Shown here in pieces: positions 56,120 through 64,000 of a DNA stretch of 64,000 nucleotides. Under the pieces are notes generated by a model. The model was not told the DNA's origin. It saw only the letters and a program-made list of their open reading frames with translations, and did not search any database. Location: the NCBI RefSeq assembly GCF_009914755.1, contig NC_060929.1; one strand, written 5' to 3'. The stretch's first letter is position 1. Each line of letters starts with the position of its first letter. Position numbers and translations under genes: made by a program. The stretch is from the human T2T-CHM13v2.0 reference genome, Homo sapiens.

Positions 56120-56640
56120 GATTAATTGAATAAAGAAACAAATAACTAAATAAATACAAAAGCTCTTCCCTACCATAGAATCATAAATATGCACAATGAA
56201 ATTAGAGGGCAAATATATAATGAAGAACATGGTATTATAAAATCTCAAACAATTTCCACGTAGATTGCTTATTAATTAAAAAGGGGAATATCATCTCTAT
56301 AGTGAAAATGTTAAAGATTACATTAATAAACAATCAAAGTGAACATCATCATTCAAGTGACAAACTGCCACCACATTTCTGCAGATATGATGCCTCAAAA
56401 GGAGAACAACATCACTTCCGCGGCATTCCTGCGCAAAATGACTAACCTGAATCTAGTCATGAGAAACTGAGAATCTCAAATTGTCAGACAATCTAGAAAA
56501 TAATTTGCCTGTACTCTTCAAAAATATCAAGATCATGAAAGACAAAGAAAGTCGGATAAATTGTTTCAGATTAAGATACATTAAAGAGATAAGACGACGG
56601 AATGCATTGAGTCCCAGAAGGAGGGATTAGCATATATTGT
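56120..56640 (+). mobile_element. L1MC-type 3' UTR fragment
   Basis: aacatcacttccgcggcattcctgcgcaaaatgactaacctgaatctagtcatgagaaac...gtactcttcaaaaatatcaagatcatgaaagacaaagaaag. Confidence 0.8.
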
Positions 56641-57439
56641 GTTTGCATATCATAAAAACTGACACTGAGGTAATTCTGCTTGTCTTTTTCTCAAGTCAAA
56701 AGAAAGAACCATTAATAAATACATTACAAATACATTAGAATATCCATGTCAATCAAAACTTGAATGAAAGAATAACTAATTTATTATTTATTCCTGTGAT
56801 TAAACAATGTGCACGTTTCAAAATATGGTATTAAAGGAACATGTCTCTACTTACCTCATCACAAGGTCTTAGACAGCTTCATGTTCATCATTATTAAAGG
56901 AAGCCCACACAAAAACTGCACACCCCTAGAAACTGAAGCAGCTGAATTACACTAACAATAAACCAAGGGGTGAATAAAAGTATCTACTAAATGCAAAATT
57001 TAAGTATAATTCTCAATGGGTATGATGGTTGTAGCAGATAATGATATGTCTAGTCTACTGTAATCATTACTTATGTAAGAAATTCTTTATTGTTATTGGA
57101 GAGAGTCAATCACCTGGTTGAATATAAAAATATCTCTCTTTTGGCCTGTACAATCCACAGATTTATAGAAGATTTGGAAGACCTGGAGTCCCATACTCTT
57201 ACTAGTATCTTCCAGTATAGATTATTTTTAATAAAGTATAGAAGAATTTTCAGATTGATTTTTTAACAATGTTTAAATCAAGTGGTGCATACACTTGGAT
57301 GTGAACACATCACATATCATGATTTTAATGTTTAAAAGCGTTTTTGTGATATTCCATCGGTAACAGATTTTTTTTCATCTGTTTTGCTATTGCATGCCTC
57401 TCAAACTTCTGGGTAATAAGAAATGTAGAAAAGTAAATT

Positions 57440-58250
57440 TACAAAATTTAGAAGCAAATATCATGTATTTGCTTTTATGTTCTCAGAGTATATAGAGTTC
57501 CTTAAAGAAGATACACAGATCACAAAACATTAAGTAATACTCAGAAAGTCAACTGCATTAAACATTAAAATAAAAAAGTATTTAATATAATATGTAAAAA
57601 AATACGTACAAATCTAAAATGAAATGGTTAATGAAGTTGAAAAATGTGGACAAAGAATATAGGAAGGTAATTTTAAAAGAAACTAAAATGGTCAATAAAC
57701 TTCTGAAAAAGTGCTAAATCTCATTGGAATTAAGAAATTGAAAATGAAAATCATGAGGATACAATTTAACATCTACCATAATGGCAAAATAATCATCTGA
57801 TTTTCAACTATTAGAAAGTATGGAGAGCAATTAAAAACTCAAACAATAATTGTGAGAATGTAAATTGGAATAAACAATTTAGAAAATAATTTCAATATGC
57901 ATTTACTTAAAATTTGCATACCACTCACAGAAAATTCTACTTACAGATATCTTAGAAAAATATTTGCACAGGTGCACAAAGACATGCATAAGAACTTTTC
58001 TCATAGCTTCATTTAGAGTTAGAAAAAAATTAAATTAACAATAGAATGGATAAATAAGTACCTCAATATAAACAATGGAACTGTGCAGCAGTGAAAACGC
58101 ATGAAACCAAGCTGCATTTATCAATAAGGGTAAATTATTAGATTATATTGAATGACAATGTCAGATGGCAGAAAGATACACAGATGATAACTCCCATTTG
58201 AAAATTTCATTGTATTTAAAACAGTACTTTAGAAGTACATTCCAGTGGAG
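57440..58250 (+). mobile_element. L1ME-type ORF2 end / 3' UTR
   Basis: aaatggtcaataaac...aaagtgctaaatctcatt...gtgagaatgtaaattgg...aatagaatggataaataa. Confidence 0.75.
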
Positions 58251-58304
58251 AAGAGAAAAAGAGACCCTGGAACAGACCCTTAAGAGACTTCAGCTTAATA
58301 TGTC

Positions 58305-58642
58305 CAGTTGGCCCTTCCAACTCCTGTGGGTTCCACATCTGTGCATTCAACCAACAGCAACTCAACAAGACTTGGAAAAAAGATTGCATTTGTACCGAAC
58401 ATGCAGAAACTTGTTTTCTTGTCATTGTTCCCTAAACATTATAGTACCAATTATTTACATTGCATTTACCTTGTATTAGATATTATACATAATTTAGAGA
58501 TGAGTTAAAGTGTATGGGAGGATGTGCATAGGTTATATGCAAATATTACACAATTTTATCTAAGGAACTTGAACATCTGCAGATTTTCGTATTGGCAGGA
58601 GATCTTGGAACCAATTACTCAATGGATACAGAGGAGTGACAA
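58305..58642 (-). mobile_element. MER2 TcMar-Tigger MITE
   Basis: cagttggccct...gtgggttccacatctgtgcattcaaccaac...gggaggatgtgcataggttatatgcaaat...tggaaccaat...ggatacagagg; about 340 bp. Confidence 0.9.
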
Positions 58643-60772
58643 CATTATTTTATACCTTATGGCAGGTGGTAGGTACACAGTAATCAATTTTTTGTGATTT
58701 TTTACATGTATAAGAAATTTCAGAACACACTTATATATTTTTACACTCATTGCATGTATCTGACTATGATTAGAATGTTGGCAAAATAGATTATACTGAA
58801 TCTAATGTTTGTGGATTTAAAAATCCACCTTGTCTAGGATTGATTTTATATTTAACATAATTTATGTAAAATCATGATATCTTTTGAATACTAAACAATC
58901 TCATGGTAAAAAAGGCAAAATGAAAACCCAGTTTTCTTTAGATCTATAAATGTTTATAAGACTGAAATTAGCTTGGACTTTGAATGTTCTTTAATTGGAT
59001 ATAAACATTATATTATTAATCAATAGTCATTTCAGATTGACTATTTTCCTTTTGCACTTCAACACAGAAACATTATTTTATGATATGATAGTGCTTACTG
59101 TTCTGTTTGCATTTTCAATTGAACTTGGAAAATAAACTAAAACATGATGCAACTATTGAGTCCACTGAGTGGTAAAATGAATTAAACAAAACTCAACCCA
59201 GTCATAACAGGGCTTTTTTTTTCTGAAAAGAAAGGATGAACATTTTATAATATAATAATTACCTGAATCAACAGGGCTTATAGTAGCTTTGGAATATTTA
59301 TTTATGGATTTTTAATGTAGCTATGCTGCTTATTTCTAGAAGCTATGAAGCAAAATTAATAGCCCTAATTATACCCAGCCACCTGCAGTGAGTAGTATTA
59401 AACAAAATTATACCTACGAGTTCTTTCAAAATATATTGTTTAAAAGCAGGGCAATGATAATCAACTATAGTTAAACAAAATATTATTTTTGTCTTATATC
59501 AAAGCTTTATATAAAAATAATAAATTATACCTGGGGGCTTTAGAATTTCCTCATTTTTAAAGGCAGCATTTCATTTTGATCTCACATTTTCAATGCAGAA
59601 CATAAGCATTTAAACTATGGTCTATGATTAAAGAGAAGAAAGTATTTTTTATATGCTGATCATATACAACTCAATGTGATTATGAAGTCTACAGTTATAA
59701 ATTCAGTGAAAAAAAGACAAGGAAAATTTGATCATGGTTTTTGGAATTATTATCTAAGTATACTTACTATTTCTAGAATATAGTACAGAAAGATGGTACT
59801 CAAATCAATTCCTACTCACTACAGCTACTTAATCTCAGGTGTGTTTCCCATAAACTACAGAATTCATAACATCTATTTTCTTCTATAATTTTCAGTCAAA
59901 ATCACATTAGGGAAGGAAAAAATCTTCAATTTGATTTTTATGAAAACTGTAGTTAGATAACTCTATCCCATGGAAACTAAATATGTGTTATAATGTATTC
60001 CAAAATAAATATAACTGACTTTGCATTGAAAAACCCCATTCAAAACCATTCAGTTATGGAGAGTTTATTATATTCCAGGAACTGAGCCAAGACACAGGGA
60101 CACAATTTTGAAAGAATTGAAAACAGCCTTAACACATCTATGATCTAGATGGGTTTAAGGTGTAGAATGTGATTTTTTTCATACATTAGTGATTTTTATT
60201 AGCACAGTTGTAGAGTAAGTAAAGTTTTGTTTTATGAAAAATTAAAGGTAATTGGAACTCAAAACACCAATGTTTCATTAATGTGAAACAAAGAGAAGAT
60301 ATATATTCAGTTCTTTACTCTATCATCATCTATAAAGAGAAGGGAAGTATTAAAAAAATGAATAAGATTTGGACCCATGGTAACTACCTGGTCTCTGCCA
60401 CTGATTTCCTATTTGGTCATCAAAAACCACTTATATTCTTTGGACCTCATTTTAAAAAATTATCTAGGTATAAACTAAAGAAGATAAACTAAATAATCTG
60501 ACATCCTATAATTGTGGGAAATTTAAATCCCAGTATAAAATTAAACAAGTATTTCAAGTTAACACAGCTAATTAGATGTTCCTCTTCTAATATCATTATT
60601 TTATAGCAATATTTTAAAATTACAATATTTGAATAACTCGCTAAAGAATTATATCCTCTCTTCGCTTAGGTTGTTCTGACATTAGCCTTCAGTATGATCT
60701 CCTGCAGAAAACAAGCAAGCAAGCATACAACATGCACAACTTAAAGCTTTTTCTTAAAAAGAAGTTTCCCCC

Positions 60773-61345
60773 AGTGATGGTTACTAAGAGGTGTCAACTT
60801 GATTGAATTGAGGGATGCCTAGATTGCTGCTAAAAGATTGTTTCTGGGTATTTCTGTGATGGTGTTGCCAGAAGAAATTAACATTTGAGTCAGTGGACTG
60901 GGAGAGAAAGACCCACCCTTAATGTGGGTGGGCACCATCCAATCAGCTGCCAGCGCGGCTAGAACAAAGCAGGTAGAAGAAGATGGGATCAGCTGGCTTG
61001 CTGAGTCTTGTGGTTTTTATCTTTCTCCGTCCTGTGCTGGATGCTTCCTGCCCTTGGACATCAGACCCCAGGTTCTTTGGCCTTTGGGCTCTTGGATTTA
61101 CACCAGTGGTTTGCCCAGGGCTCTCTGGCCTTCTGCCACAGGCTGAAGGCTGCACTGTTGGCTTCCCTACTTTTGAGGCTTTTGGACCCAGACTGAGCCA
61201 CTACTGGCTTTCTACCTCCTCAGCTTGGAGATAGCCTATCGTGGGACTTCGCCCTGTGATTGTGTGAGTCAGTTCTCCTTAATAAACTCCCCTTCATATA
61301 TACATCTATCCTATTAGTTCTGTCTCTCTGGAAACCCCTAATACA
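60773..61345 (+). mobile_element. MLT2A (A2-like) HERVL solo LTR
   Basis: gtgatggtta...gtgtcaacttgattg...gagtcagtggactgggagag...caccatccaatcagctgccagc...ctaataca. TSD CCCCC at 60768-60772 and 61346-61350. Confidence 0.93.
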
Positions 61346-62749
61346 CCCCCATCCTCCTATTAGTTCTATATTATCAGCAAACTTCTTACACCCATCCCTG
61401 CAAATGAAGAGACTTGGGGATGGATATAATGGGGGAGTGGGGTGGGTAACCAAAACAATACAAATAGTATTTTCTTATGATATTCTATGGAAATCTAAGT
61501 TAGGATTTTTGATAATTTGGAGTATAGAAGGAGCACCCAGTAATCTGTACACTTACTGGCTCATTTAATTAGGCTTATATATAATCCAAACTCAAAGCCA
61601 GTGTTTCTGAAAATGTTTCCTTAAATAGACAAGATACACGCACGGACACACATATGTACACACAAACAATGCAAGTTTTTACAATACGGTTCATATAAAA
61701 TAAGCTGCACTTACTGGGTTGCGCTGACTTTTTTTTTTCATTTTTTCTATCAGGTAATTCACAAAGTAACTCACCGAGAGATATTCACATGTCCCCAGGC
61801 GTGAACTTTTAAAGCATCCCATTCTTACACCTGTGTATTGTCCAAAAACTAATTCCAAAAGAGACTTTTTCTTCAACTGATAAACAGGATTTGGAGAAAG
61901 AAAACTGAAACCTCTACACTAATAAGCATATACTCATTAGGTCTACAGTAGGACAACAGATTAAAGAAAAGCAAACAGGATTGGCATACAGGGGAAGAAA
62001 ACATATACGAATTCTCTGACTCCTCTTTTTATCAATGTTTTTCTTTGATTCTGTCAGCAACTCCTGTACATTGCCCATAAATGAGAATCTATATAGTTAT
62101 TTTAGGCTTCAGTTGGCAAGAATTGAGTTTTTTTGTCCATTACAACCATAAAAATTCAAATAAAGTAGACCAATATATCCATATAGCATACAATGTTGAT
62201 CAGCCTGCTAATGCTGACATATCATTAGATTAAATCCAAATATTAAAGCTAATTTATTTGCTTCCTTTGGCTACATGGTATCATTTAAAGAAAAGAAATG
62301 ACTTCCAAAACATATACCTATGAGGTGCAATTAATAATATGGTAGCAGCTAGTTAACAAGTTTAGAATGTATTTTCCATTGTATTTTGTAGTGTTATTAT
62401 CCCATTTAACTATATGATCCTAGTTTGTTAATATTACATTTTTTAGATAATTGGTGAGTAATATTTGTGTTTCTTATAAACATTTATTGTGCATCTACTA
62501 TAGGTCACATGCTTTACTCACATTTTAGCATTAAATATTTCCTATAATCCTAAAGCACAATAGTGATAAAGTGAAAATGTCTCTGTTGGTAGCGATTCTG
62601 TAAGGGAAATATTTGAAATTTGTTTGCACTATAGTTGCAAAATGCATACACTGTACCACGCTAAGTTATAATGTTTATCAAAAATTATCTAAGTTCAAAC
62701 TCAACATAGTAAATGATAATACAATTTAATTCAGACTCATACATTCTAA

Positions 62750-63025
62750 GATAAGAGACAACAACCTAAAAGTAATACAGATGAACGAATTTTATTTAAT
62801 GATAAGACTACTGACTGTTCCAAAAAGTCCATGGTTTATTTTGTCAAATCCTTGAGAAGATAGTTCTATGACTCATTCTCTGTCCCCAAGAGTATAAATA
62901 TCTTACACTAACAACTCCTCTTTTTTGAGAAACCAAATGTTTCCTAGGTTTTTAGTCTCCCTTATTGCAGCAAGTAATAAAACCAATTTGCTGAATGTAT
63001 TCTTAGTGGTCTTTGGCTGATGCAC
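62750..63025 (+). mobile_element. Old ERV1-class LTR 3' part (MER89/MER90-like)
   Basis: gtataaata TATA-like element, then agtctcccttattgcagcaagtaataaaacc...gtggtctttggctg. Confidence 0.55.
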
Positions 63026-63109
63026 ATGAACAATTATTAGCATACAAATTTTATAGAAGAAGGATATAAAACCTGAAAGAAGAGAAGGTTCTTAACAAAA
63101 GCCCATTGT

Positions 63110-63210
63110 ATCAGATCTTAAAGAAACAGTTGAAATAATCTAGTCCACACTTTGATTTTACAGATGAGAAAACTGATAAAGGATGGGGATAAACATCATG
63201 ATCAATGTAC
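63110..63210 (-). mobile_element. MIR fragment
   Basis: ataatctagtcca...attttacagatgagaaaactga. Confidence 0.7.
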
Positions 63211-63459
63211 AATTTTTTATTACTCCTATAACTGAAAAAAATATTTTTATTTATTCCTTTAGTCTCTATTCTTTATAAAAGAAAATGCTATTGCTACAAG
63301 AAATATAACAAAATATAATCAATTTGTAACAGAAGTAACAATTATAGTAAAAATTATTTTAAATTCATGCAAAATTACTTTAATTTCTAATTATTTTTCT
63401 CACTTACAAAATAGCCCCTTACAAAATATGTCTATGTCCTTATCAGAGAATGACCAGTT

Positions 63460-63672
63460 TCTTTACAGCCTACGGACTCAAGTTGCAATATTAACTCTGC
63501 CCTAGGTAAGCTGCCTGCTGGACTACTCTGTAGACTTTTGACCTGCCAACCTTTGCAATTAGGTTAGTTCATTCCCTAAAACCTCTCTTTGTGTATATGA
63601 TATATATAAACACACACGCACACATATATGTTCTATTAGTTCTTTTTTTTCTGAAGAACATTGACAACTATA
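63460..63672 (+). mobile_element. MLT2 LTR 3' fragment
   Basis: cctgctggactactctgtagacttttgacctgccaacc...ctattagttc...ctgaagaacattgac. Confidence 0.65.
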
Positions 63673-63679
63673 GAGGACA

Positions 63680-64000
63680 TAATTAATTAATCCTAGGGAC
63701 ACTCAAATTAAACAGGTAAATCACCCCGATCTAACATAATTTCAGGTAGTGGTGAATAGGACTCTAGGAGAGAAACTAGGTGTTAGGGAATGATGTGTAA
63801 TATGGTGTGGTAGGGTTTCTATATTAGATAGGAGAGCATGAGAAATTCAATTTGAAGAAATCATATTTAAGAAGAGAATACCTGAAATAAAAATGGAACT
63901 GGCCATGGGAGGTTTTGAGAGATCATTCACAACATAGAGAACAACAAGTACAAAGTCCATGAGTCACGTGTACTCGAGGAACAGCAAGAAGGCCACTGTG
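63680..64000 (-). mobile_element. L2 fragment (runs off window end)
   Basis: gagaacaacaagtacaaagtccatgag...tcgaggaacagcaagaaggccactgtg. Confidence 0.7.

Overview
AT-rich, CpG-depleted primate genomic DNA, almost certainly human: it carries an AluYa5 with all five diagnostic positions. I find no credible protein-coding gene, RNA gene or CRISPR array. The supplied ORFs are short and the recognisable ones come from Alu, LTR, L1 or microsatellite sequence. The window is a mosaic of interspersed repeats: about 10 Alus, a two-LTR THE1D element with a 5-bp TSD, many solo MaLR/ERVL/ERV1 LTRs, a near full-length Tigger3b, MER2, MER5B, and L1, L2 and MIR fragments. LTRs and L1s lie in both orientations, which fits intergenic or lncRNA territory better than an intron of a coding gene (inference). 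The best unexplained signal is a non-repeat segment at 49.7-50.25 kb. It holds a 15/16-bp hairpin whose right arm has a second, competing complementary partner about 280 nt downstream, and it sits in an exon/intron-like splice-signal layout; a GATA/E-box enhancer cluster is the alternative reading. I cannot support a new biological system from sequence alone. Repeat family names come from recalled consensus sequences, and boundaries of old repeats are approximate.
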